Assembly (NCBI RefSeq): GCF_009914755.1
Contig: NC_060936.1
Strand: one strand, 5' to 3'
DNA: 64,000 bases
From: the human T2T-CHM13v2.0 reference genome, Homo sapiens
Shown: piece after piece, positions 1 to 17,491 of the stretch
Layout: every line of letters starts with the position of its first letter
Position numbering within the stretch: position 1 is the first letter of the stretch
The notes under the pieces: model-generated
Database searches by the model: none
What the model saw: the letters and a program-made list of their open reading frames with translations, nothing else
Told to the model about the DNA's origin: nothing
Made by a program: the position numbers and the translations under genes

Positions 1-117
1 AGAGATAGGGTTTCACCACTTAGGCCAGGCTGGTCTTGAACTCCTGACCTCAGGCGATCTACCCACCTCGGCCTCCCAAAGTGCTGAGATTATAGGCGTG
101 AGCCACTGCGCCCAGCC
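1..117 (-). mobile_element. Alu (left monomer, cut by window edge)
   Basis: Reverse-complement Alu 5' arm ...gcctcccaaagtgctgagattataggcgtgagccactgcgcccagcc. Confidence 0.95.
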
Positions 118-1162
118 AGATATTCTTATCTCTAAGGTTTATAGCTTCAGAACCAAAGTCCAAAATGATTAAGTTTCTGGCACAGAATCATGCCAGCAGT
201 TACGTGGTGGGGCTCAGTTCAGAGCACAGATCTTTCCATTCTCTTATTTCTGCACCACTGCACTGCAAGAATCTTATACACTCCTGTTTATAAGAGCAGC
301 CTATTAAAAAATATTCTGGGACACATCTAAAAAGCCATAATATAAGAAAAAAATAAAAGCTCTGTTTTGGATTTATCCTGGAAGCTGGGAGAGAACATAT
401 TTTTTGGACATGTTTGGAAATGTACGATAGTTTTTGATTCTTATCCTTGTGCTCCAGGCTTTCTTTGGGACACTTAAGAGATTATCTTTGGGATTTAGGA
501 AAGCACCATGTCATTTTATTTTTCAAATCCTCAGAGTGCTAGAAGTTTTGGGTCTTATTTCCTAGTCTGACCTTTCATTGTAGCTATTATTTTTTGATAT
601 ATAATATTCATAATTCATTTTGTTGAAGAGGAGATTTTATTTAATGTCAATAAATATGTATGAGTGTTGGGAGGAACATACCTGAGCTGTGAGGGCTGGC
701 GAGAATTATAGAGGACAGTACAGTTAAATAGAATGTGGGGATAATGTCATTGACTGTAAACCTCATGATTGAGAAAAAGATGGGGATCATCTTCTGCTGA
801 AATTCATCGTGGAAAGATTCTCAAAAGCATATTAGAAACAGATGACAACATTAAAAGGACACAGTTTATTTTATTTGGAAAATAGTATTCCCTTGTGGGA
901 GATTTGGGATAACAGACTTCAAAATTTTGGCTCTGTTCAAAATTCCCTGACTCATTGGGTGGCTTGAAAAAATGATTTAAATCCACTATCCTGCAAGATA
1001 GAATAATGATAATTTATAACACTGTACTTGGCACTTGGGTGTAATTATATTAATGGCTAGTGAGTATGTATGATTACTATGTGTCAAATCATATGCCAAG
1101 CACTTTACAAGCTGTAACTCTGCATCCTCTGGGAAGCATGTACCATTCTTGCTCTTATTTCA

Positions 1163-1506
<344 letters not shown>

Positions 1507-2384
1507 TCAGTGTATTGTAACAATATATTTGCATATTGGTCTTTTCCTCTGGATCTGAACTGGTGAAAGTAGGGATTGAATCATCATAGCATCTGTCTCC
1601 CATGCTTAGCATAGACTCTGGTTCGTAGCAGCACCAGATCAATAAATCTGATCTAATCTGTACTTTAGAAAATCACCATGCATAGGATGAAAGTATGGAA
1701 AGATGAGGTGAGGAAAGAGCTGAGACTATTTCAATTGTTTAGGCAAAATAAAATATACATTTATATTTGGATAAAAAAGTAAGAAAGGAGAACATGAAAA
1801 GATAAATAATTAGTGATACGAGATTTTAACTAAAAGCAACAAGGTAAGCCATCTCTAATAAGGCTATTAATATTTAGAACTATGTTGATGAGATAAAGAA
1901 CATGTATATTTTATTTTAAAAATATCTTCTAGAATATCATAAGATGTATGTTGTGTTAATTTTTTGTTATTCTTCACACTCAGTTTGATTTCTGTCCTAC
2001 TTCTGAGCTTGAGAAGTCCCACACTTCTTTACTGAGAAGTCCCCAATAAATACAAATTTCATTGGGTGTTAGAGCTTTAAGTAGCGATTTGAAGAAGAAA
2101 CCTGGTAAACAGTAACAGGATGATATAAGCTGCATTAGGATATTCTTGGCATACATCCTGCCAGAAACCTAGCCTGCACCTATGAGAAGCATCACTAATC
2201 AATAATAGAACTCTTCCCCAGTAAGCCTGGACTTGGCCTGGGAGTCCTCCTCAACTCAGTACTCCTGGTTCCCACAAAGGATACATTGAGGACTACTACT
2301 ATTCTAGGGTTATTGTGTGGGACTTCTCAAGCTCAGACACAGGAGAGAGATCACACTAGATGTGAAGAATAAGAAAAAGGCTGA

Positions 2385-2749
<365 letters not shown>

Positions 2750-2751
2750 AC

Positions 2752-3031
2752 TTTTTTATTTTTATTTTTGGAGACTGGGTCTTGTTCTGTTGCCCAGGCT
2801 GCAGTGCAGTGGCACGATCACGGTTCGCTGCAGCCTCGACTCCTGGGCCCGAGTGATCCACCCACCTCAGTCTCCTGAATAGCTGGGATTACAGGTGAGC
2901 TTCATCACGCTCGGCTAATTTTTGTATTTTTTTGTAGAGACGAGGTCTTGTCATGTTGCCCAGGCTGGTTTGGAACTTCCAGGATCAAGAGATCCTCTCA
3001 AAGTGCTGGGATTACAGGCTTGAGCCACGGC
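2752..3031 (-). mobile_element. AluJ-like
   Basis: Diverged dimer with ctgcagcctcgactcctggg and ttgcccaggctgg motifs. Confidence 0.88.
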
Positions 3032-3044
3032 GACGTGCATTTCC

Positions 3045-3659
<615 letters not shown>

Positions 3660-3674
3660 TGCACTTCTGTGGTA

Positions 3675-3919
3675 ACTTTTTGTTTTGATATACTTTCAAA
3701 CTTTCAGAAAAGTTATAACAATGGTACAAGGAATTCCTTTACACCCTTTACCTAGGTTCACCAATTGTATACATTTTCTCCATTTGCTATTTCATTCTAG
3801 CTATCCACTATATCCATCTATCTACCTACCTACCTACCTACATCTACCTATCTACCTACCTACATACATGTTTTTCTAAACCATTCAAGAGAAAACTGTA
3901 GTCATCACACTCCTTTACT
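3675..3919 (-). mobile_element. Old L1 3' end (L1MC4/5-like), first part
   Basis: ttcaaactttcagaaaagtt...cctttacctaggttcaccaattg resembles L1MC 3' UTR; continues at 8265. Confidence 0.65.
3815..3866. repeat. (CTAC/CTAT)n tetranucleotide microsatellite
   Basis: atctatctacctacctacctacctacatctacctatctacctacctac. Confidence 0.9.
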
Positions 3920-4619
3920 CTTTTACTTAAAGCATTATTGTTATTAAATTTTAAAAAATTTACCTAGTGTAAAATTGACCGTCTGTTTTTGGTGTATTTT
4001 TAGCACACAGATAGAGCCATGTAACCATCACCACAGCCAGGATACCAAACAGTTCCATTACCATAAAACCCTTCCTCATGCTGCCCTTCTATAGTCAAAC
4101 CCTACCCCTGCTCTTAAACCCTGGTCATCACTGATCTCTTATCCTTCTCCATAGTTTTGTCTTTTCCAGAATATCATAGAAATACAATCATGCAGAATGT
4201 AAACTTTTAAGATTGTCTTCTTTCACTCAGTATCATGCTTTTGAGATTTATTCATGTTCTGTGTATAAATCATTCATTGTTTATATTGCTGCTGAGCAAT
4301 ATTGCATTATATGGATGTGTCATAGGTTTGCTTATTCACTCACTGGTAAACATTCAAATTACCATTTCAATTTTCAAGGAATTATGAATAGAGTTGCTAT
4401 AAACATTCATGTACAGGTTTTTATGTGAACATAAATTTGCATTTTTCTAGTGTAAATACCTATGAATGGGGTTGCTGGGTCATATGCTAAGTGTGTATTT
4501 AAATTTATAAGAAACTACCAAACTATTTTGCAAAGCAGCTTTACTCTTTTGCACTACCACCAGCAATGTATGGAAGCTCCAGGTGCTCTGCATTCTTGTC
4601 AGCACTTGATATTGCTGGT

Positions 4620-5025
4620 TTTTGCAAGTATTCCCACCTCATTTGTTTGGAATGCTTTGAGTAGGATCGGTATTAGTTCTTTAAATGATTGTTTGAATTC
4701 AACAGTGAAGTAATCAGGTCTTGGAGTTTTCTTTAATTGGAGACTTTTATTATGGCTTATATTTTGTTGCTTGTTATTGATCTATTTAGATTATATTTTG
4801 TTGCTTGTTATTGATATATGGCTTATATTTTGTTGCTTGTTATTGATCTATTTGGATTTCTTCATAGTTCAATGTTAGTAGGTTGTATATGTCTAGGAAT
4901 TATCCATTCCTTGTAAGTTTTCCAATTTATTGGCATATAGTTACTCATAATAGTCTCTAATGCTCCTTTGAATTTCTGTGGTATCAATTGTAATGTCTTC
5001 TTTTTCATTTCAGGTTTTATCTTTT
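4620..5025 (-). mobile_element. Isolated internal L1 ORF2 fragment
   Basis: ORF 4862-5059 (KKTLQLIPQKFKGALETIMSNYMPINWKT) is a shifted frame of the ORF2 linker region; flanked by TTGATATT (4606-4613 / 5026-5033). Confidence 0.7.
4751..4853. repeat. Three-copy tandem repeat of ~24-36 bp
   Basis: TATATTTTGTTGCTTGTTATTGAT occurs three times. Confidence 0.9.
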
Positions 5026-6263
5026 TTGATATTTTCAGTTTAAAATTTTTTTTAGCCATTCTAATAAATGTGTAGTGGTATCACATTGTGGATTTAATTA
5101 ATATTTTCTCAATGGTTAGTGATGTTAAGCATATTTTCATGTGTTTGTTTACCATCTGTCTATCATATGTAATAAAGCATTCATTCAAATCTTTTACTTA
5201 TTTTTAAATTGGGCTGTTCATTTTCTCATTGTTGATTATCAAGAGGTTTTTTTTTTCAATATTGAGGTCCTTTGTTAGCTGTGTGATTTACAAATATTGT
5301 ATCATAGTTTAAGTTATTAATGAAGTCCAATTTATTGATTTTTTCTTTTATATATTGTTCTTATGGTGTCATATTTAAGAATGCTTTGCTTTATGCAAGT
5401 TCATGAAGGTTTTATTTGTCTTCTAAAAGTTTGATAATTTTATGTTTCAACTTTGGGCCTATGAGCTGTTTTGAGTAATTTTTACATAAAGTGCAAGGTT
5501 TAGGTTGAGATACTTTTTTTTTTTTTGCATCTGAACGTTCAATTGTTTTAAAACCACTTGCCAAAAAAGCTACCCTTTCTCCATTGAATTGCTATTCTAC
5601 TTTTGTTCAAAATCAATTGGCCATATTTGTGTGAATCTATTTTTGGATTTTAAAATGCTTTTCCATTGATCTGTGTGTCTATCACTTTGGCAATACTAGA
5701 CTGCATTTACTATTGTAGCTTTATAATAAGTGTTAAAATTGTCTACTGTGAATCCTCTAACTTTATTCTTGCTTAAAAAATTTTTCTGACTATTCTAGCT
5801 CCTTTGCTTTTCTATGTAAATTTTAGAATCAGCTTGTTTATATCTACAAAAAAATTATTCCAGGATTTAACTGGAATTGCATTAAATCTACAGATAAATT
5901 TGAAGAGAAATGACAAGGTAATTATACAGAATCTTCCAGTCCATGAACATAGTTTGCCACTCCATTTATTTAGGTCTTCTTTGATTTATTCATAAGCGTT
6001 TCCACTCTTATTATTTCTTTTCTGTCTGAAAAACTTTATTTGGCATTTTTTTAAAGAGCAGATCTGCTAATGATGTATTCTCTCAGTCTTCCTTTTTCTG
6101 AGAATGTCTTCATTTTGCCTACTTTCCTGAAGGATATTTTAACTGGATATAGAATTCTGGGTTAAAAGCTATTTTATTTCAGCATTTAAAAAATGCTTCA
6201 CTGCTTACTTGTTTTCATGGTTTCTGATGAGAAATATGAAGTCATGTAAAAATCATCATTGCC

Positions 6264-6587
<324 letters not shown>

Positions 6588-8264
6588 TCATTTTTCTCTG
6601 GCTGTTTTCAAGGTATTTTCTTTTGTCTTTAGTTTTCAGTAGTTTGATTATATTATTTGGGTGTGTATTTCTTCAAATTTGTTCCGTTTGGGGTTTACTA
6701 AACCTTTTTAGTCTGCAAGTTTATGTCTTTTACCAAATTGGGGAATATTTTAGTCCTTTATTTCTTCAAGTATCTTTCTGCATGAATCTCTTTATCTTTT
6801 GAAATTCCCATAACACAAATGTTAAACCTTTTGGTATTGTCACACAGATGTATTAGGCTCTGCTCATGTTTTAAAAATCTTTTTTAAATCTCTATTGTGC
6901 AGACTGGGTAATTTTATTGATCTATCTTCAAGTTCATTTAGTCACCCAATCCAGTAAATTTTCAATTTCAGCTATTATATTTTTTTCAGTTCTAAAATTT
7001 TCTTCTGCTTCTTTTTTATATTTTCTATTTCTCTTCTGAGAATTTCTGTCTTTCCATTTGTTTCAAGAGTGTTCACACTTATTCGAGAATGATTTTAATA
7101 GCTGGGAAGCCTTTGTCTAATTTTAACATCTGTGTTCATGGCTGTTGATTATCTTTTTCCTTAAGAGATGTGAAGATTTTCCTGGTTCTTCATATGTTGA
7201 ATAATTATGGATTTGATTCTGGACATTTTGAATATGATATTATGGGACTCTGGGTTTTGTTAAATCCTATAGGGCATTTTGCTTGTTTTAGCAGGAAATT
7301 GACACATTTAAGTTTAGGTTGTAAATTCCTATCCCACCTTCTGTTGGCTCTGGTTCCAACTTCAGTTCAATTTTCAAAGGCTTTGCAGTGCTACTTATAT
7401 CCATCCTGTGTGTGTGCGTGACGCTCAGTGGCTATTCTGGGACTTGTGCAGTGGTCCACCCTGTAGATCAGTTCTCAATATCTTTTGCATGCTGTTTAGG
7501 GTCAGACCTAAATGCACAGCTCAAAGATGGGCCCAGTGATTCATACATCTTGGATCCCATATCACTTTCTAGAGCTTCTTTCTTTCCATAATTTCCCCCA
7601 GGGAGATCCTTCTTGCTTCCAGGTAACATCTTCCTGGTATTCGGTATTCTGACTAGATGGCCACTGCCTTAGTTTCCTTGGTCTGTTATACACTTTCCAC
7701 AACTGTGTCTGCCTCAGGGACCAAGTGGTGAGAGGACAGACAGAAATGAGTAATAGGACCGATGTGTCTCACACTCTTGAATCCATGGTTCCTCTGGTCA
7801 GACAGAAGGATTCTCCTCTCTCTCATTTTAAGCATTTGTCCAGCTATTGCTGCTTTTGTGCCAGAGTGGGATTGCCTAGGAGCTGGGACAAGAAAGGAAA
7901 TAAAACCCCAGAATATTTCTTCTACTACCTCTAACCCATAAGAGACCATTTTCCTGCTCCTCAGACAAGAAAGAGGGAATGCCTCTTAGAACAATTTTTG
8001 TCTGCACCTTGTATGTACTTCTGGGTTTCAGGTTGCCTTTGAGTCCAGGCTGGGAGAAATCAGATTTAAGAAAGGAGGACTCACCCCTTACTTTAGTAGT
8101 TCTCAGAGATCTGTTTGCCTTTCCTAACCTGCTTTCTACCATTCTCTTTTTCAAAGTCCTCAGTTGGTTTACATGATACATCCTTTCCAAGGTTTCCAGT
8201 TGCATTCAGGAAGAGAGACAGAGTGGGGTATGCTATCTCCATCTTAATTGGAACCCAGAGAGTG

Positions 8265-9125
<861 letters not shown>

Positions 9126-9182
9126 GTTTCTTAAGGACTAGAGTTTGAATATAATTACATTGTTATGAGGAAAACTTTAGAC

Positions 9183-9625
9183 TAGTGCTGTCCAGTAGAA
9201 CTCTTTGCCATGATGGGACGTTCATTTTGGCACTGTTCAATATGGTAGCCATTGCCACATGTGGCTACTGAGCATTTGAAATGAGGCTAGTGTATCTGAG
9301 TGCGGTGGTTCAGCACTTTGGGAAGCCAAGGTAGGAGGATCGCTTGAGGCCAGGAGTTCAAGACCAGTCTGGGCAACATAGCAAGACCCTGTCTTTACAA
9401 AAAATAATAAAAAATGAACCAAGCATGGTGTCATGCGTCTGTAGTCCCAGCTGCTCAGGAGGCTGAGGTGGGAGGATCACTTCAGCCTGGGAGGTCGAGG
9501 TTACAGTGAGCTGTGACTGTGCCACTGCACTTCAGCCTGGGCAACACAATGAGATCCTGTCTCAAAATAAAATAAAATGAAATAAAAGATAAAATAAATG
9601 AGGCTAGTGGGACTGAAGAAATGTA
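9183..9625. mobile_element. MER3-like hAT-Charlie DNA transposon, split by Alu
   Basis: tgctgtccagtagaact...gccacatgtggctactgagcatttgaaatg MER3-type motifs. Confidence 0.75.
9293..9595 (+). mobile_element. AluJ-like
   Basis: ggaggatcgcttgaggccaggagttc motif; 14-bp TSD AAATGAGGCTAGTG (9279-9292 / 9596-9609). Confidence 0.94.
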
Positions 9626-9687
9626 AGGGATATAATTTGAATTTGAAAACTTCCAGAGAACATCATGTATTAGCATTTCCTAAAGAG

Positions 9688-9720
9688 TTTTTGTTGTTGT
9701 TGTTATTGCTGTTGTTGTTT
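9688..9720. repeat. (TTG)n microsatellite
   Basis: ttgttgttgttgttattgctgttgttgtt. Confidence 0.8.
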
Positions 9721-11081
9721 TTTTACCCTGCTCTGAGAAAAAAGGTCTCCAGGGTCAAATAAGTTAGGGATCATTCTATATACCATACTTGGGAAACACA
9801 GTACTATTTCCTGCCATCTTGGCATCTACACATCTTTGTGTTTTCACTTGGCCTAGTGCTAGGTGCAGGTAAAATTGTCAGACAATTGCTCTGTGAGTCT
9901 CCAAACAGCTCCTTAATTAGCTTGTGTAAATGACTTGCTCAACAGCACAGCCAAGTCTGGCAATGGTGGGATTTACACCTAGGCCAGCCACGTGACTCCA
10001 AAGACTGTTTCTGGTACAGCAGAAATGGCAATGGAGAAAATGATATTGAAGCTTAGTTTACCTCATGAGCCTTTGTTTAAGGTTGATACAGGCTAGAGTT
10101 ATTATTTAGTCTGTGAATTCCTTTTTACCAATGCAAAACTAGGAAACATTTAGCATTCACAGAATGTGGCCATTCAGTCTTCCTAAAGGAATTAATATTA
10201 ACAGTCCTTGTCAACTCACAGCATAGTTCTCTGAGGATGTGTTTCTTTCTGTTTAAATAAAAGAATTCCTGAAACAGGCCAGTAGGTTAATACTTTACAC
10301 AAAGTCATTCAGAGCAAATATTCTCATACAAATATAGTTGTCATAAGAGGCTCCAAGTGCCTCTCAATACCATACACATATTCAGTCAGCTACTGAAGGG
10401 AAGAGAGAATGATTAGAAAGTATGAAGGAAGGAGGCTTGGAGTGGAGAGAAAGGAGAACAATTTGCAAAGACAAAGAAATTTTAAGCCAGATTTAGATAA
10501 GAGTACTAGAGCTGGTTTGAATTAGAGGGGAATAAGCTGTGTAAGTTGCCTTCTTTCTTTTACTTCACCTGCAGTTCCTTTGGGAAGCTCTTTGCTGAGC
10601 CAGGATTAGAGAAATTTTATTCCTATAACTGTAACTTGTTTTGACCAGCTTGCCCCACTAGTTGAGAGCTATAGTTTGAAGAATTCTCAAGCAAAGAGAC
10701 TTTATCTGGTTGATGAGTTCAGAATTCAGATAAAGCCTTGAAAGTGGGAATGAGTCATTGTTGGTGCCTGATGGCTATAATTCTCGAAGGTAATCGGGTT
10801 TAAAAGCAGTTTTTTTGGTGAATGATGTCATCCTCCATAAAAGCAGATTTTAATTTCTTTTAAGATACCAGTGGAAGTTGTGACCCAGAAATGCCCCAAT
10901 GAGACCTTACAGATGGCTATTTTCCTGTGCTGTTTGGCATATGTTCATGAAAACCACAGGGGAAAATTGGCTTTGACATGCTTGTGCTTTAAGGTATATG
11001 CTGCAGTACCTTGTAAAGGTTCATTTTATTGCCAAATATAACATTCAGTTACCAACTGGAAGTGTAAAAGTTCATATTTTC

Positions 11082-13473
<2,392 letters not shown>

Positions 13474-14172
13474 TAAAAGTTCGTATTTTCATGAAAATCT
13501 TACCAATGTGTTTAGCAGGCTTGCTTGTTTCATTTTCCCCCCATTAGTCAGTGCCTACTTGGTTTACCACTAGAGGGCATTGTTGGCAGTGATATCAAGA
13601 GAAAGCATACTACAGCATTTTGCCAAAAAATTTTGTGCAATCTTTTTCAATTTTCATTTCAGCCAGTAAATAAAAACATACATTTAAAAGCTACTTCATT
13701 TAATATTTTATTTTTATATTTTATGCATCCCAAATACTGAGCTTCTAGGCTTTTTGTGTGTATTAATTTAATAAAAGAGAAATCATTGTAAACTTTGGTT
13801 CCAGTTTTCCAACAAACGCTAAATCTAGAATCTGTCAGTTTTCCCCCTGCAATGTAATACACTCTCACACATCCTTTCTTGGAATGTTATCGAGCACTTG
13901 GAGACTCATTATTTTTTATTTCCCAAAAGAGTGAAACTATTCTATTTTCCATATCATGGCTTTCCTGATATTTGTCAGAGGATCTCAAACTAGCAAGGGA
14001 CCTTCAGTTTATCTAGTTCAACTATTTATAATAGACAGAATTTCTTCTACACAGTGATGAAGGGCTGTCTAAACCTCAAAATGATAAGAGAAGCGTTTTC
14101 CATTTTGGGACAACTGTATTATTTATTGGAAAGTTCATCAGGTGAAGGCAGAAGTTTGCCTCTTTGAAATGT

Positions 14173-14620
14173 ATTGTATCAGATAAGATCTTTTAGTTGC
14201 AGATAACAGGAACCAAATCAAGCTTGCTTATGAAAAAGGGGGGTAGATTAATTGTTAGAAAATAGAGGTGTCCGGGGCCTTTTGGGGGGTGGGGGGCAAG
14301 GGGAGGGAGAGCATTAGGACAAATAATGCATGTGGGGCTTAAAACCTAGATGACGGGTTGATGGGTACAGCAAACCACCATGGCACATTATGCCTACATA
14401 AAAAACCTGCACATTCTGCACATGTATCCCAGAACTTGAAGAAGAAAAAGAAAACAGAGGTGTCTTGTGGGCTGTGGGTAACTGGACACCTGAGATCTGT
14501 CGGTACTCAATCTCTCTCAGTCTGCTGCATCTGCTTCCTTCTATGTAATTACTTCATTCATTTCTCTCTGCACATCAGGATTTTCTGCTTCTCGCATCCC
14601 CATGGTGAAATATGCCATTT
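14173..14620 (-). mobile_element. LTR33-like ERVL LTR remnant, split by L1 fragment
   Basis: tgtatcagataagatcttttagttgcagataacaggaaccaaatcaagcttgctta resembles LTR33-family terminus. Confidence 0.5.
14273..14448 (+). mobile_element. L1PA7/8-like 3' end, heavily 5' truncated
   Basis: ggggcttaaaacctagatgacgggttgatggg...catgtatcccagaactt; 16-bp TSD AGAAAAYAGAGGTGTC (14257-14272 / 14449-14464). Confidence 0.92.
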
Positions 14621-16497
14621 GAATGATAAAAATGACAAATAACTTTTGTTACCTAGCTGGAGTAGGCTGTTTCAGCATTCTATGAAGCTGGCCACCTCGG
14701 GATGGTGCAGTATGTGATTTGATCTGTCATTCCCAGGGTCACAGGCCCACTCTCACACTGCCTTCATGGTGAAGTAGGTCTCTTGGTTGGATGCTTTGTT
14801 GTGTGGGTTTCCAGGTCTGTGGATGAGGCACTCCATAAGCCCTTGGTAATGGTGCTGGCTAAGGCTGTGCAGGCAGGAAAGGAAAACACACGCTTAGGAC
14901 AGGTATCTGTCCCTGTGAGGATGAACGGCTGACTGGTCTTTCCAGGATGGAAGGGTTCCATGTGGTCAACTTGCTACTAAGTGGCTGGTTGATTCCCTCA
15001 AGGAATATGCCATATTGAAGATTCAATGTTTATTTCTTCGGATGTTCAGAGGTAACAGTAGGTAGACAGGCATTGGTAAGTGAGGTTCATGCTGTCAGGC
15101 TCACACATAGCCTCCATTTCTGCCACCATGTCCAGCCTGTTCATGTGTTCATCATGCCTGCTCTGGGTGACCAATGACAAAGACTAGTTAATGTCAAGAG
15201 GCTGAGTCATCTCATTTTACTTGGTTGTTCAGTGCTTTTTCCATGGTAGATGCTTTCTGGTGGGTATCCACATGTAAGACACAAGTCTTGACACTTTATA
15301 CATTCACCCATTTGTCTACCCACATGGCTTTTCCTCAGACTCCTTGTCTCTGATCTTCCAGTCCTTTTCCTTCCAGTTCCCCGCCTGCACAACTAGGCCA
15401 TTGGCCATTTCCTAGGAATTTATATATATTTTCACCTTGGGTCATTTCTCCTTCTATCCAAAGTGGATGACCAGTTATACTGCTCATAGATCTGCCATTG
15501 GGAAGATTTCCTCTTTACTCTCTTTCCCTGAATGTGGTTGTAATGAAGCCACTGTCTATTTTTTGGTTTTCATCCATATACTGAGCCAATCCATCCACAA
15601 ACCAAGCTTTGGCTTCTTTCTTTCTTTTATCTGGTCATACAGGACCCCTCTGGCCCACCCTCCCTCATTCCCACCCAAATATGTTCATAAGTGCAAGAGT
15701 TGGGGGCATTGACTGGTATAGCTGTGCTTGGTGATATGGGGTCTTGGTTTCCTACTCATGAAACTTACTCAAGCCTTCCAGCCCTGTTCAGGTCTAATCC
15801 CACATATATCAGCACTCTCTTGCAATGGACTGCTACTAGCAGGACTGGAAGGCATGAGTAAGCATCATGTGGCTTTATGGTTTAGTGGATCCTACAGAAT
15901 TCAGTGCATAATAAGCATTTCCAGATGGTCATTTGGTCTCTCGTGGTCAATTGTTCCATCACTTCTAGGACCCAAACACACCAAAAATAAGAGCTGTTTT
16001 TCAAAGTGCACATAATTTGATGTTGATGGCATGGTTTTGCTCCATAATCTCAGGGGTCTGAGTTGTGATTCTTTCACTTGAGCTTGCCAAACACTCTTTA
16101 CTACATATTTTCCCACCACATGACACCTCTTACCATGGGGCCTGTTGAATCATATGGACCAAGTGACAGGGCTGATTGCACTGTGGCCTGGTCCTGCTTT
16201 GACACCTTTTCCTGCTCAAGGCCCCACTCAAAGCTGGAAGCTTCCCATATCACCTGATACATGGGCTGTAGAAATATTACCAGGCATGAAATGTATTACC
16301 TCCAGAGCTCAAGGAAGCTGACAAGTGGTGGCCTTTCTTTGTGGTAGGAGATGGAGACGCAAGATGCAGCAATTTGTCTTTAGTTTGGAAGAGCTAACCC
16401 TACACACCACTCACCTACTGGACTCCCCAAAACTTCACTGAAGTAGCTAGTCATGAATCTTCACAGGTTTTATCTCTCATCTCTTGAAATACATGTC

Positions 16498-17359
16498 AGT
16501 GATAATAAAAAATATAGATTTGCCCCTTGTCCCTGGTTTCTGACACAGGTCTTCTAAAATTCTTGGAATTTCCTTAGTGATAGGGGTAATAGAATCATCT
16601 TTTGGTATTCATAACAAATATCTTTCAACCATACCTGAGTTTATGCTAGCAGAGTGACTCTTGATGGGCCCCTAAATAGCTTCAGGAGGGGAGCTATTTG
16701 CCAGAGGAGTCGACCATTGTAATTAGTGGGTTGAACCTTTCAACTTCACCTCTGAACCTCCAGGGAGGAGAAAGAAACTAGAGATTGAGTTTAATCATGA
16801 CCAATGGTTTAATCAATCATGCCTACATAGTTGAACCTCCATCATAAACCCTAAACGATAGGATTCAGAGAGCTTCTGGATTGACGAACACATCCAGGCG
16901 CTGGGATAGTGGTCCTCCCAGAGAGGGCATGGAAGCTCTACATTCCTTCTCCCATACCTTGCCCTTTGCATCTTTTCCATTTGGCTGTTGCTAAATTGTA
17001 TCCTTTATAGTAAAGCAGTAAGTAAACTGTTTTCCGAAGTTCTGTGAGGCCTTGTAGCAAATTAACAAACCTGAGGTGGGGATTGTGGGAGCCCCATTTT
17101 GTAGCCACGTCAGACAGAAGTATGTGTTCACTGGAGACCCAATACTTACAACTGGAGTCTAAAGTAAGAGCATCCTTGTGGGACTGAGTCCTTAAATCTG
17201 TGGGGCCCAACTCGAATCCCACATAGTTAGTGCCAGAATTGGATTGAATCATAGGACACTCAATTGGTGTCAGAGGATTGGAGAGTTGCAGACTTTTTTG
17301 GTTAAGGAAAAGACCCTACACATTGATATCATAAGTGTTGTAAGTAAAAACAGCACAGA
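16498..17359 (+). mobile_element. MER21-family LTR
   Basis: cttggaatttcctt, atacctgagtttatgcta, ttaatcaatcatgcctac and ttagtgccagaattggattgaa motifs; ATGTC on both sides (16493-16497 / 17360-17364). Confidence 0.85.
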
Positions 17360-17491
17360 ATGTCTTACCAAGGCCACCAGTATACTAGCTACCTCCTGCT
17401 TGACCTGTCCAAAGCATATGATGTCATGATGTAGTAGATGAGTGTGATATTCTATGTGATGTCCAGGTGGTCCAGACCTTTTAGGACCATA

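Noticed and set aside
4751-4853. Three short direct repeats as a CRISPR-like array
   Set aside because: Eukaryotic L1-internal slippage duplication with no unique spacers of regular length and no cas genes.
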